A stretch of 64,000 bases of DNA from Camelus ferus (Eukaryota), in NCBI RefSeq assembly GCF_009834535.1, contig NC_045696.1:24182001-24246000 (forward strand), written 5' to 3'. Positions 36,901 to 51,318 of the stretch are shown one piece after another. Each line of letters starts with the position of its first letter. Position 1 is the stretch's first letter. The notes under the pieces are model-generated. The model was given only the letters and a program-made list of their open reading frames with translations, was not told the DNA's origin and made no database searches. The translations under genes and the position numbers were made by a program.

Positions 36901-39244
36901 TGTCATTCTTGGCTCCCTAGAAAGATGAGAAGGAAGGTTATTGTTAATTGTACAGATTCCATAGCAAACCAATACTAGCAGACGGTGGCACAGAAGTAAC
37001 TAAATCAGTGGCTTAGGTTATGTGACGTTAAAGGGATTAGGTTTTTAATCTTAAAACTTTAAAATTGGAAGAAACTTAAAGCTCATTTTTAAGTGTTCTG
37101 AAAAACCAATGATAGCTCTGTGTATTGGGTTAAAAAATAATTCTGCCCCAGACCTCAAATTTTTATCAAGAAAAAATTGTTCACTTTAAATAGGTTTAGT
37201 TTTGCTTTTCAAACTTTAGATTGCTGCATACAGTTAGTTTTTAAAGTGTAGGTCAGTAGAGAAGAGGAGGAGTTCCAGTTTATCTGTCTATATGTCACCG
37301 CTCTTTCCTTAGGGCTCTCTCACTCTCTTGTCCCCTTTTCTAAAATAAATAGCTTCTGCATCTTTGGGTGTTTTCTTCCATGAAAATTGCCTGCATTTTT
37401 GTAGCTTCCCCTCTTGGCTGTGCTGGGATGAAGGTCTATACTCCCGTGCTTTGTCCATGTGCCCCTTCACGTGGCTGACACACAGTAAGGATGGGTTTTG
37501 TTTTGGTTAGATTTAATAGTGATTTACTGTTACGTGGGTGAAGATTGGGGGGAAAAGCTTTTGCTGTTCTGACAAAGCCCTTTGTGCCTGTCTTCCAACT
37601 GGAGAAATATTTTTATGAAAAACAACTTTTGATTACTGATGAAGAGTCAGAGAAACACTTTGAACAGAAAATGGGGCAGGAGGGGCTTTCAGGATACTAA
37701 GTTTGAATGTGCAAATTAAATTGTTCAAGATGCATTTCCTTAAGTTGTAGTTTTTTGAGGGGACTGTCGGGGGCGGGGGGCGGAAATGAGCAAACTCATT
37801 CTGTAATATTTAGATTAACCCAACAATTGGAGAAATACAACACCAGGATGGTCACCAAGACTTGAGAAGGTACAAATCCAGAGTGTCAGATGATGCTGCA
37901 GGCCGATGGACTGGAACTGAGGGTTACCTCCAGAGGTTGGAATGAACAAAAAGTAAATGGAGGAGAGAGATCTTGTTTCCGTATCCTGTTTGCATCTGAT
38001 GCTGAAGCAGGGACATGAATTGCTGATGGTAATGGATTCCCTTTTATGAGGGCAGCAATATTATACAAATAGTGGTGGTTTGAAGGGGGAGAAAGAACAA
38101 ATTTCCCACTTGGCACATGTGCACACTGTGTTTTTGAATGTCTCTTAAACATATCTAAGGTGGAAGGTCAAAATTGGGTACCAGCATAAAACCAGGAGTG
38201 ATAGCTTATTTAAAAGGAACTGAATTAAGATCACTTTTTATTATTTTGAGATGTTGTTTTCCGAGGGTCTTATTAAACATGGAAAACAGTGCTGAAGTTT
38301 GAGTGGTGAACTGGAAAACTCTTTCATAAGATTTCTGATAAAGATAACGTGATGTAAATGACCACAGAAAGAATGCTTTCATTAAGCACAGTATCTTATG
38401 ATTCGAGGTGGGGGGAGGGGGTTGGGACCAAAGAGACCTCTGAAGTCTTATCGGAGTTTTTTGCAAAGTGTAATATAGATGCCCATCTGTTGTTTTTTGT
38501 TCCTTGAAATTTAATGTTCGATTTAATGAATAGCGAATATTTCGGATTCTAAAAATTAGAGTTTGTTTAGAACAGAAATTTCCTTTTGTTTTACTTCAGA
38601 TATGAAGAGTAATTTTAATTTTTCGTAGTAAATGTAGGAATTGAGATGAGTGGGGTGCGATACTAATTACTGTCACTGTTATACCACATACTCTGCATCA
38701 TGAACCTTAAAATTCAAATGGATCCCCACACTGCCTTGCAAATATTACAAATAAAGAATAACAAGACTTGTGGCATTTTGGGGTATCAATACACCTGAAA
38801 CAGATCATTTTTCTTAAGTTCATGAAACACTGAGAATAAGAATGAGGAAAAAGTAAACGTGGTACATTTTACCTTTGTATTAGGATTTTGTTAAAATTAA
38901 TACCTTGAACCATGCTAGGGATTGTTCAGCCTAGAACTGTAGGAGCAGTATAATGAGAAGCAGATTTGAAGACCTTAGAAGACTGGCAACTCAGAAATGT
39001 AGAAAAAATTTACTCTTTGGAGTTAGGGAAAAAGAGGCCTCTACTATATTTGCTTAGTAGTATTAAGATTTTTTTTTAAAGCTATACCAGATTACAAAAT
39101 AGATTGTTACTGAAGATAATTATTTGTTAAAGAAATTATAATTTACCATATTTGGTTTTTGGTTGGAATAAATTCAAGAACTTCAGAAGATGTTGAAACT
39201 TTGTCTAGGAAGGAGCTTGTGACATTCACCGATCCATCCATCCA

Positions 39245-39325
39245 TCCTCTCTCCTACTCTCCCTCCCACCTTCCTCCTTCTCTTTTCCTCCCTTCTTCCT
39301 TTCTTCCCTCTTTCCTTCCTCTTTC
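39245..39325. repeat. Polypyrimidine (CT-rich) low-complexity tract
   Basis: About 80 bp almost entirely C/T on the + strand. Confidence 0.85.
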
Positions 39326-40959
39326 AATGAATAGGGCTGGGGTTAAAAACGCATTTTGTTAAGGGTCTTGGAAATGAACTTGCTTCTCTGACAGAGTTAA
39401 TAGTGTTTGAAATTCAAAGCTAGCATGGTTCACTCTCCTCAGAAAAAGTTTTTAACTTGGTATAACTCAGAGAGTAAAAGCTCTAAATTAAAACCCATCT
39501 TACCTCTTTAACTTTGTGTCATTTGGCAAAAATATCTTTAAGAATGCCTTGTTTGCCTTAAATTCCAGGTCACTGTGTGACAAAGCCTAGAGTTCCAAGA
39601 AATATTTAATACACAGCAATGGAGGCCAGTTGGAAATTTGAGTCATCAGCTGAAGATACCACTGGGACTAGGACAGCTCTGATTGACCTGATGTTGGTGT
39701 TTGTGCAGAGCCTTGGTGGAAAGGAGTCTCTCACCCTTGGACTTCTCATTAAGAAAGTCATTTTTCAGTCACCTGTTAAGTGATAGTCAGAGCTACTCCT
39801 TGTTTTCACATCTGTAATTTGCTAATGGATTGAGGACAGCTCAGGAGCTAAGGAGTTTGGAACTTGTGTTTTTAGTAGTCTGCTTTGATTATTTTACTTT
39901 TACCTTCTTCATCAGTTATGTGAGGGCTCGTACCAGGTAAAAGTAAGGTGGTTAGCTTTAGATAAGAGAAAAGTTAGTCACATAATGGCTAGGCTAGTTT
40001 CTTTTTTGTCGTTGTGCTTTTAATTGTTGAATTTGCCTGTATTGTAGGCAACATATGAGCATGCTAAATGTTATGGCATTAAAAAAGTCAAATGATAAGG
40101 TAGCATTGCAATAATAAGAGGAGATTATATTTATATGCAGTCTTAGAATAAGAATACTATTCTAGTTGTTGTGATTCAATGAGATAATGTGGATAAGGAA
40201 GCCTGACATGTAACAGGACACAAAGTTAGAGAATTAGAAGTTTAAATTAAAAAAAAAAAAGACTTCTGTCTTGAAGAATCTATCTTGAAATCAAGAGGTA
40301 TGAAATGATTAAGGGATTATAACTGATTTTTGAAATGCATATTTTTTAAGAATTTTTTTGATTCCTGAATTTGTGAATTTATAGTGATCTACAATAGAGT
40401 GGTAGATTTATACCCTGGAAAAGAAACAAATTAAGGGAAGGAAGAAGGACAGAAGAATGTGGAGAACATTGAGAAAAGGTATCTGAAAACACTTGAAACA
40501 TTCCCAAATGGGGTAAAAGAAATACCTTCAAGATGAAATTAATCACAGTTGCAGTTTTTCCCCTAAAGGAAATATTTGCACAATGGGTCATATGGGCTCA
40601 GGTTTGATTTTTGAAAAGCATATTTTTAAAAAGTGTTTCTGTTTTGTTACTCCACACAAACTTTTCTAGCTTAGACTGCTGCTAAACCAATGTATGATAC
40701 AGATGAAAGCAAAGTCCTTTTATCTCCCTCGGCAACATCTGTAGGATCTGTTAGATTTCATTTCTAAATTCTGAAATTCTGGCTTTACATCAGTGCATGC
40801 TGTTGTTGGCAGTAAACAGTAGAGATTTCAAGGCTGTGGTCTTGAAAGTAGCAGAGAGGATTGGGTCAAAACTTGAAATATAAAAGTTATTTATTTGGTT
40901 ACTTGCCTTTTGCCTTTTCCTTTTTAATTGGGAGGAGGACTAGGGAGGGAAGATTTGGG

Positions 40960-41100
40960 GGCACCTGCTTTGTGCCGGGCCTGGTGCTGGCCGCTTTGCA
41001 GTTCCCTTGTGACACACAGGCATCATTTTCTCTGTTTTACTGATAAAGAGACCTAGTCTGAGAGATGCCTGAGTAACTTGCCAGGTGTCACACAGCTAAT
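40960..41100 (-). mobile_element. MIR SINE
   Basis: gcacctgctttgtgccgggcctggtgct...ctgttttactgataaagagacc...gagtaacttgccaggtgtcacacagcta. Confidence 0.65.
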
Positions 41101-43859
41101 TTCATTGATAATAATTTGTTCTTCCATGAAAATATGTCATCTTTTGAAGAGAAAATCAGTTTCTATCTGAGTTTTAGAAAGTCATTAAAAACAAAACAAA
41201 ACAAAACAAAACCCTGCTCCTGATAGCCACAGAACTCAGGCAGTGTCCGCCCAGTCTCACTGAGAAGGCTCACTGTTTCCAGTAGCTGTTTCTGCAGGAG
41301 TTGCTGGCAGTTCTCAGAGAGCTGGTGTCCTGCTCCTGTGCTTACGGGAGGGAGATGCAGTCACCAAGGGCAGCTGTGGCGGCTCTCAGCTCCTGTGAAG
41401 TGTACAGCAGAGTTGCCACAGTGCTATTTGAGGCAGAGAAAGCAACTGTGTTTCTTGATGTAATTCATTAAAATAGCTTGTCATGGTCTTAATCCAGGTA
41501 TCCCCAAGGCTAATTATGTTTGTCCCATTCAAGGAGCAGTTGTAGCAAATTCAGAGCATCGCTCTTCCTGGTTGGAAAGTTAAAGCTCTTGACTATTATG
41601 GTTCTTAACGTGGTTTTTATTTTTATTGCCCTATCTTCCCCCCCAGTAGTTTCATTCTGAAGACTATGCTGTGCTTATAAACTAGTCTCTGTGATACAGA
41701 GAGGACATTGACAATGCATTTGTCAGTTTATCAGAATGATGCAGAGATCGAGAGATAAGTATCCGGCTTCATTTTGGGAGTAGACCATGGTTAGGTTTTT
41801 GAGAGAGGTTTTGTGGCACATCATGTATTTTTAAGTACACATCAGGTGTGTTCTTTTATTGTTGGAGCCATGAGAAATAGAGTTATAAACCTCTCCACCT
41901 TTTTTTACTTGCCTCATTTAAAATTTATGGAATTTTGAACCCTCCAAAGAATCAAGCTGAGTGGTTCCCTCTACACTAAAAGGTACAGTCAAATTGAAAC
42001 TGTATTGGAGGTACAAGGATGAGTAATAAGGCTGATACACATAATATTTTCTAATGTGCTTTGGATTTTGAATTGCTAAGTAAATGTTGGATAAACAAAA
42101 AGGTTTATGTAAAAGCTACAAAGGAATATATAAAAAATATAATTATTTTTTAAGAGAATATATTGTATCTGGCCAAATAAGAGAGAAACTGTGTAAGGAA
42201 TAATCTAGGGGGAAAAATCATTCTGGAGTTCAGATATGTATTTATATTTCCCTAACCCATCCTTATCTTTTTAAAAAATGAATTGAAATAGACCAAATCT
42301 GCGTGAGGTCAAGGATCGAAGGTGGAAGTTTTTGCTTCACCACCTGGTGCTTTCCTAATATCCTGATGTTTGATGTTATTGAGGCAAAACTCAAAGCAGT
42401 GCATTGTTCACTCTGTTAGTAAAATGCTACTCTTACCTGTCCTGTTAATCCTTGACTGACCTGAATCAGCCTTATATCGTCGTTTTCTCCTTCTCCTCCT
42501 CCCCCTCCTCTTTCTTCTTTAATTTCTTTGGCTTGGGCTTTTACAAACTGAAGTAATTTCATAGAATTATAGCTTTTCATGTTGGAAGGGAATTTGGTAG
42601 AAGCTGTGGAATTTCTGGATTTAAGTGCACTTGTCCTAAGAGGTACCTTGTCCTACTTCCTCATTTTCAAACAGGTCGGTTTATAGAGGCATCTTAACAA
42701 CCAAGCGCATGGGCTAGGTAGTTGGTGTGGACTGTGATCATCAAATACTTATATACGTATTTCTTTTCTCTTGATCTATTTTTTCTATATTTTATTTCCT
42801 TTTTTCCCTGTTTTCCATTTTGTTTTCTTAATTTCTCACTTTTTTTTTAATTGCTAGGGGTATCCATGTGATACTAGGGTAAACGATTACTCATCTTCCA
42901 ACATTTTTGACATTGTTTCCAAAACATTTTTGTCTGTATTTTACAGAGGAGGACATTGAGCACCTAAGGATTTAAAACCAATATTGAACAGTTGGGTTTG
43001 TTAACTCGGATAAGAAATCAAGTCTTGATTTAGTTCACACTTTGTTGTTTGTTTTTGTTAAGGCAATCTCAGAGAGAGGGGCTTGTGTGCCAGGTGTTAA
43101 GGAGTAGGTCCTAACCTTTGGTGATGGATCCAGCAGTGGGCTAAATCTGAGCTGCCCCCGAGGAAGGATCTGGAATGATAAGGACTAGGTCTTGAGAAGT
43201 GGAATGAGCAGGGCCAACTACACCACCCTTGTTTTTTGTAGCCTATTTTCTTCTCATGCTATTAAAAAATTGTCTTCAGAACATTCTTATGATTCATTTG
43301 ATATTCCAGTACTTGGAATATATTTTCTAGGGCTGAGAATTTAAAAAGAGAAACTTTACAGTACAGGTGCTCATCTGCTCTTGCCGCAGCTTTGTTTCTG
43401 CATGTTGCATACGTTTTGAGTTCTATTTAAAATTCCGCAGGGGAACTTCTATTTGTAGTTTAAGAGTCAGGTAACTTTACTTGACGTGTGTGGTCAGAAC
43501 ACTCACAGGCCGGCTCTGCTCATTATCAGGGAGTAGTGTTCTGAAACCATCAGTGGAGGTGGTTGTGTCTGTTGGTTCAACTGGGGACATAATGCAAAGG
43601 TTACAGTCCCTATTCCTCCATCCTCCTGTGAAGAGTTAGCAGATTAGATGAGAGGGTACTGTGTAGACCAGTGGTGACCAGTGCCCTGAAGCAAGTGCAA
43701 AGAGGGCAAGAGAGAAGAAACTGTAAAGGTAGCTGTTTACATGGGCAACCGGCTGACCACATTCCTGACCTCGGGGAAGCAAACGGAAAAGAATATCCTC
43801 ACTCATGGGACAGTGGGCAAGAAAGGGTAGCTGCTCATTACAGTCTGCAGGATTCTACA

Positions 43860-44035
43860 AGATGGCATTTGTCTCACAGTTCTTTGTACTCCTGATTGTA
43901 ACACCACACTTGTTTAATGTCTGTCTTCAGAAGACGGTGAGTTCCATGAATAGGAGCTTATTCCTCAGTGCATTGTAGGCGCTGTAGGTGCCTGGTACGT
44001 AGAAAGCTATTAAAAACTTTTGTTGAATTGAACTG
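43860..44035 (+). mobile_element. L2 3' end fragment
   Basis: gtgagttccatga...gtgcctggtacgtagaaagctattaaaaacttttgttgaattgaa. Confidence 0.6.
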
Positions 44036-46534
44036 TACCAATCCCAGCTATTGGTAAAACCTGTTTTTTTTGGGGGGGAGGGGGTTAGGAATGGAGCCTT
44101 TATGTATTTATACCTAACAGCTACTAATTATTATGAATAACTTATGCATAATAACTGCTGTTCTACATTTTTTTTTGGTCTATTTAAATTAGAACTTCTA
44201 AAAGGAATAATAGTTCTTCCTTAAAATATATCATCTTCTTTCCAGGCATGTTAACTATGAAGGAAAAAGTGAAAATAACTGTTGGTGACATTATAATTAC
44301 TTGGCACTTGAAATTGTTTTGTAATGCTAAGTTTCTTCAAAAATACATGAGTTACTACAGTATATTGGAAAACATGTTCAGCAAAGTCTTTGGGGGCGAC
44401 ATTTAATTTTTTTTAAGGAAATGAAAGAAAATATTTCTAGAGCCTTATGGGCAGTTTCCTTCGCTTCACTTGCAGTAGTCATAGGAACCACTAGCTCGAC
44501 ACATGTAATTGCATTGGATTTGACTGGTTGGGACGCTGGAGGCATCTCAGAATCTCATGTCTAGCATTAATTCTGGCGTTCAGTCATCTGAAAAGTTAGA
44601 AGATATCAAGAATGACTTGATTCAAAACCTAGTAAATTATAGGACTTAAGTAGTATATGAAGTCCTTTTGTTATTTTTTTAAAATTAGGATTTGCTCTTC
44701 ACTTGAGGTGAATTTTCTGACTGTTAGAACATTATCATGTTCAACAAGATCAATAATGCCAAGGCAGAAAAGAAAATTATTTTAAAATGAAGCTCAAAAA
44801 TTTCTAGACTAGCAATTAATTTTCAAATGCTAAAGAAAATGTGTAGATTATCTGAGATATACATATACAGCATTGAGATTTAACAAATGCCCTTAAAATA
44901 ACTTTAACTTAGTTTCTTGCTTGTGAAGACAAAAAGTTTTACTAAACTTTATGCATGGTTGGAAGTGGCTGTCTTTTGTAAACAGGAAAAACATCTCTCA
45001 TGGTTCACATACTTTTCTATTCACTTGCTTATAAGTCATACTAAAAGAAGTTACACAGGCTAAGAGACTACTGTCCAAAGTAAAAGGGTAGGAAAATTGG
45101 CACATTTACTATTAATGTGGTATATTCTACTTTGTGTTTCCATCAGTGCTGATCCTGAGTGTCGGAACTGCCCATTCCTTTCATTGTTTTTTAGTGTCAA
45201 GTCAGTATATTAAAGGATTCATGGATTCTGTACATTAGTGTGAATTTCCCACCATTGGATTCCTCAGTGTCTGAGACTCAGACTTGATTTCTATTTTCAT
45301 GGAGTGACTCTTGTAATTAAAGCATGATGTCTCATTTAGATTAATATCCTTTGCAGTAACAAAGGTGAATGGGACTCTGACTCATTAGTTTGCTGCTAGT
45401 TATTCCTGCTACCAGTGTTTGTTTTCGCTTTGACCGCTCATCCGTCTGTGGATGTTGCATTTTATACATCCTTGTGTATATTCCTTCTAATGATGCCAAG
45501 AGATGCTTTCCTTTGAAGGTTCCATTGTAATAACACAAGCGTATTCACTATGAGTCTTAAACCTGTGTACACATTCTATTTTTACCTCTTAAAAGTAAGT
45601 AAATACTGTCATTGGGGTTGTTCATCATTTTAGCATAACTCAAACGATCTTTCTTTTGAAATTTACTACATGTTTCACTTAATGGCATATTATCTTAACC
45701 TGTAAGGTTCCAAGTTGCTAAAGCAAAAATGGTAGTATTGGTTAAAACCAAAAATAGATAAAAATGGGTTTTGGGGCATTCAACAGAAAAGATTAAAATT
45801 AAAATCTGACTTTAAATCTTTTGAGAATCTAATTTCCTCACATGAGTCATAGGTAGAAATCCAAATTTTGTTTGATGTTACTGGTCTTTATTTTCCTGTG
45901 TCACAGTGGAGTGGTGAAACAATTTGTCCTGGTGGTATGAAGTAAATGGAAAGAGGAATAATAGCACATATTACTGTATGCTGAAACCACAGCACCCCTG
46001 TGATGACAGCATGTTAGTTTGGACTACATTTTATTTTATTTTACAGTAAATTTTAAAAAAAGGTTTTTTTGGGAAGTGGATTTCTGGTAAATGTGAACAG
46101 CAATCCATTTCCGTATGGGTGTAAAGAAGATGTTTTTAAAGATATCCAGCTTCATCCATTGAGGGTAAATGTCAAGTTGTAGTTGCAGTTCTGTAGCTTA
46201 AGTCATTTGCTCTATTGAATGCTTAAAAGAAGCATCAGTAAAGAAAAAAAATTGTATTTGTACATATTGTTTTGTGAGTGTTTAAGAATTTAGTAGTTCT
46301 CTGTAGCCATTGTTACTTCTAAAAAGAAGAAAAGAAGTAGCAGATAGAAAGTTTTCGTGGAAGGAAGAAAGGAGAAATTACCTCAAAACTCTGTTGAGTT
46401 CATTCATTTGGTTTTAGGCCTGTTTGTGAAGTGTATTTTAGTGGGTGGTGAAAAGTGATAATTTGCGGTGAAAATATTAGTATCCTTACAACACTCCTGG
46501 GTGGTTTAACTATTAATCAGAGACCTCATGGAGA

Positions 46535-46660
46535 AAAAAGGATCAGAGCTGGAGATCAGATAGGTTTCCATGTGGTTCGGCTGAAGCTATGACCTGGGTG
46601 AGGCATTTAATGTTTGCTGTCCTCAGTTTGTAAAGTAAGGCGGGTGGATCTCAATGATCC
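46535..46660 (+). mobile_element. MIR SINE fragment
   Basis: atgacctgggtgaggcatttaatgtttgctgtcctcagtttgtaaagtaagg. Confidence 0.55.
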
Positions 46661-49600
46661 TTTGGTTCTTCCTGACTCTGTCCGAATCAGTATCACTTCA
46701 AAAGTGAGGTGTTACTGTCATCCATTGAGTAACAGGGTGTGTAGAACTAAGGGCTGCGAGGATGTCCCTTATGATTTTTTGAGCGTGGCATTTAATATTT
46801 TATAGCAAAGTTTTTAGTTTAACATAATTGAACTTGTACTAGATAGGGTTAATAGGCTAGAACAAAAGGTCAAAGCATAAGGCATTAGGCTTAATTAAGG
46901 GAGAGCAGGAGTGGCGGGAGTGTGTGACAGTTAAATGGGTTTCCCACAGACTAATGTCGGTTACAGTGCAACCATGCCTCAACTTAAGTGGGTTATTTTG
47001 TGCAAAGGGCAGCAGTGATTAGCAGTTTGACATGCCAGACACTTCTGGCCAATCCCATCTGTTTTAGAGGTTAAAAAAGCACACCTTTATGAGCTGATGG
47101 ATTGATTTGTGTGCCCGTCTGGTAAAGATTAGAAGTCCAAGGCCAGTGCAGTAAATGTCAGTTAGAGCATATTGTACTTTCTTCGTTGGCTCATTGTTTT
47201 AACCGTCAAGTGTTTTATAATGGGGGATAACTGCTGTTTATGGAGTTGAATGCATCTGGGTGGGGGAACAGGTGAGAGAGGAAGAAACTTATTTCCTAGA
47301 CGGAACTGTCAATGAACATATTCTGTAGCAGGTGTCTCAAGTGGAGAGAGGGTCTCCTCTAGCTACACTTGATCTTACTGAGTGCTTTCGGTCTGTTCCT
47401 TATGGTTTGAGTCACATTGTTCTTCGCTGAGTGTTATCTGAGCAGCCCTGTCAGTCCAGTGATTTAATTTTATGTTCATAATTGGTAAGTTTCTTTATTT
47501 AGGATCGTTGACTTCCATTTCATTATATATATTTAAAAAGTGTAATTTTCTGTTCATGGACCACCTAGGGAGAGGAAAGAGAAAAAGAAAGAGAGTTGGA
47601 AAGAGGAGTACAATCACCCGTGCACACTTGCTTCATGGGTAGGATTTACCCTGGTCACCTGAGGTTGATGTGTGCTGATAACATGAAGTGTGTTCGAACC
47701 TAAATTTGGACTTGTTTCCTCAACTTTGAGAGCTGTGAGAGTGATGCCGTTAATATAGTTCATTTTCAGTTCAAGGTTGTAGCTCATTTAAAGGTACACA
47801 AAGGCTAAGTTGTGGTTATAAAAAATGGTTTTAACATATTCTGAGATCCAAGGAAAGGAAGATCCTAGTTTTATGTATATGAAATTGAACTTTAGGTATT
47901 ATGATCATAATTAATGAGCTTTGGGAACATAAAGCATTCAGTCTTTTCAGTGGACAGAGAGAGGTGTTTGAGGAATAACAGTACGTTATCATATTATCAG
48001 AAAATTATCGTGAGCCTGAGATTTGAAATCAAATAAAAATGTGACCAAGAACACTGGAAACAATGCTATAAGATGCTGATTGGCCCCAGCGCTCTTATCC
48101 TTGTCAAATGTGTAAACCATAAATTGCTCATTACATAGTTAGACAGATTATATGTATCATGTTATACCCTGAATTGCTTCTTATAGAAAGAAAATTAAAA
48201 TATCTAAGGAAGATATGGTCACTGAAAGTTAGATGTGGCTCATAATAGGACTAGTACTTTTTAAAATCGATGTATGCATTTTACTACTAAGCTATTCCAA
48301 AGTGAATTTTCCTAATTTATCGAGAGAAATTGAGATATTTTATTTCTCATTTAAAAAGGACAGAGTGACATCAAGGTACTGGAGATTATTTAGGAATATA
48401 GTTCTTAAATAAATATGTGTTCATCCTTGTGTTCTTTGTGGAGCAGCACAATGAAATGATTTGCTTCTAATACAGATTTACATGAAAGGAGTCTTGCCCT
48501 TCTATGTAGAGAGAGAAGGTGAAGAAGCATAAATTTTATAGTTTCATTGCTTCTCTTTCACTAAATCATTTTTAAATGGGAAAGTTTGGTTTGAGCAGTA
48601 TAAAAGTGCTTTGGTAGGAAATTAAATGTGGGAGAGTTACCTAATTTAATGGACAAAAACTCCTTAAATGGATGTCCTGGTGATGTTATATTAAACCTAA
48701 AACAAATATTTGACGCTCTACATTTGTACTAATATTATAAAGATTTTTAAAGTTCCCTCAATCCTATCCTTTTAGTTCCTTTCTCTTTTCTCCAGTAAAT
48801 TCAAGTGCCAATAATATCTAGTTGTGTTAGAATTTTACTAAAGGAAAATGTTTTGTATGGTTAACTTGTTTTTGTGTGTTTTGATATATTCTGAGGTTTT
48901 GAATAATACACATTGTCCCTTGTAATTTATGGTAGTCAATTTCTGTCAGTTGTATTTCTTCTACTAATGTGGTATTATTGGCTTTGAGACATGTAGAAGT
49001 CTGCTCCTCTAAACAAATTAGTTAAATATATGCTTAAGTTTTGAAAAATGAACACAGAAACTCTTTATATGCTTAGCATCCTGTGTTTGCAAATCTTGTC
49101 CTAAAAATTGTTATAGCTTTATAATCTGAATTTTAGTTGTTAGCAATTTTTATGAGATAGTGAAAAAAAATTGCCCTGTTTCATGTTTTGATTTTAAATG
49201 CTGTTAAGCATAGAATTGTCCTTGGTTTCTATTCAGGCAGGTTGGTTTTAATAAGAAAACCATAATATATGGTGGACTTACTCAAATACATATTCTTATT
49301 ATATTTTATATGTATATTTATAAACGTGTGTGTATGTGTGATATATTTCAGACAGATGTTAGAGACGCCTGCACCTGTTGATTGCATTAAGCATTTGGTG
49401 TCTTCTAATGAGGGAGGGAGAAGGTCTAGCCCACCGTCTAGTGCATCATTGCTCCTTGATAAATTGCGTACATTCTACTTTTTTGTATTCTGTGACCTTG
49501 CAGTCAGTGACTTCAGCCCAGAATAGTTTCAAAGTCGTGTAAATGAATGTAATTAAGGTATTGCTTACCATCTTAACATAGTTCAGATGGAACCTTATTG

Positions 49601-51318
49601 GCTAGAGAGGTTTGTTTGCTTTATGAGGAAGGTCAAAGTAAGGTTAAATTTTATTGCATAAAATGATTTGGTAATGTTTTTATTTAGCTGCTGAAAAAGT
49701 AGTGTCCTAATAGGAAATGATAATGCTTTTTTTTTTTTTAAATCACTAGGAGGTCTCCTCAGGGTTTTTTTGTTTGTTTGTTTTGTTTTTCTATTTTAAG
49801 GCGATGCCTTCTGTCTACTTCTAAAATTTTGGGAACATTCTGCCTTTAGTTATGATTCTAGGTATCTTTGACTTACACTTGTGGATGACATTCCCTGCTG
49901 CTGATGGAGGGTAGCTTAGGAGCTGCTGGTGTTTGTGTTTAGAGGATTTGTGTTAATGTTCAATGACCATGCCACTAGGTTCAGGACCTCAGACAGCAGG
50001 ATTGGAGTCCCAGTTCTTGGGCAGAAAGGAGGCCTACCACCCAGCAGAGCTGGTGGCCTGAAGGATTTGGGAGGGTATTGCCATAGATACCAGGAGAATC
50101 TTGCTGATGAAGAACTGAGGGGGAGAGGGAGAGAGAATGAGAATTAAGTGTGTGTGTATGACGTATGAAATTAAAGAAAACAAGTATTCTTCACTGTAGT
50201 GGCTCATGTAACTAACTGCCTTCTTTCCCTTGCTCGCATTTTTTTTTTTTTTACTTCAGCGTGGTATATCAGTTGATAAAGTCTCTCCGATTCATTGATT
50301 CATAGATTTTTCTCAGCATCAGCTCTCTGCCTTGCTCCATGCTAGGTGCTCGGTATTCAGGGATGAATAGAGGACCCCCAGTCACAGGGATAGCAGCAGG
50401 GAGCAGGGGAAAGGACGGTGGTTGAAGGGCCTGCTTCCCTAGGATGTTAAGGAAGCATTGCTCAAAGTAATTTGTAATCTGTGTATGGCTTTAAGGAGAC
50501 TAAAGGGCACTGGCTAAATGAAGTGATAATGAAAAATACTTTATTTGGCGAGTTTAAAGTTCAGGTTTATGGATTTATTTGGGGCTAAGCTGTAATCCTT
50601 GAGAACTGATCACAGGCTATGAGACAGGAGTTGCGAATTCTAGAAGTGTAAACCAGGTGTAAATGTGGTGGCTGATGGGAATGATAGGAATTGACTGTGG
50701 CTATGAGGGGATCTCGAGTTTGCTCCTGACCTTCTTTATCACCAGCCAGTCTCACTGCCCACCGGCCTGTTGATCAGCACACACTTTCTTCAGCCACCAC
50801 AGAATTAAAGTCTCCACTATGTCTCTTGCTGGCCAAAAACTTTTTCACCTACTCTTTTTTGTTCTTAAAAGTATAAACTTTCCCACATGTTGATGTCATC
50901 TTGTATCTAGGAAAGTTCTGATTCCGAGTTTAACATCTTTTGTTTCTAATGGTCTAGAAAAGAAATTAGGTGTTCCGACTCTAGTGTTGATTATTGAATA
51001 ATTATAATACTTTTTCTTGATCAGAATTCCTCTTTGTCATTCACATTACTCACATACTTGAGAATTGGTGTGAAGACCGATAGGCAGTGTATTTTGGTAA
51101 ATAATTTTATAATGCATATTTTTCGTCAGATGTGCTCAACAGCTATGCCCAAGGGAAACATATAAAATTAAGAATATTTTTACTTGCAGTACATCTTTTT
51201 TGTCATTTTTCAGATGGTTTATCTCAGTCAGTAGTTAAGATTTCATTGTAAAATATGCTATTGAAATTCTTTGCGATAAGATGCACTTGAAGTAACACTT
51301 ATTTCTCTTAATTTTCAG

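Larger units (their letters stand above)
33927..51318 (+). other. NRIP1: NRIP1 intron 1 (17392 bp, GT-AG)
   Basis: GTGAGT donor; atttctcttaattttcAG acceptor. Confidence 0.8.
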
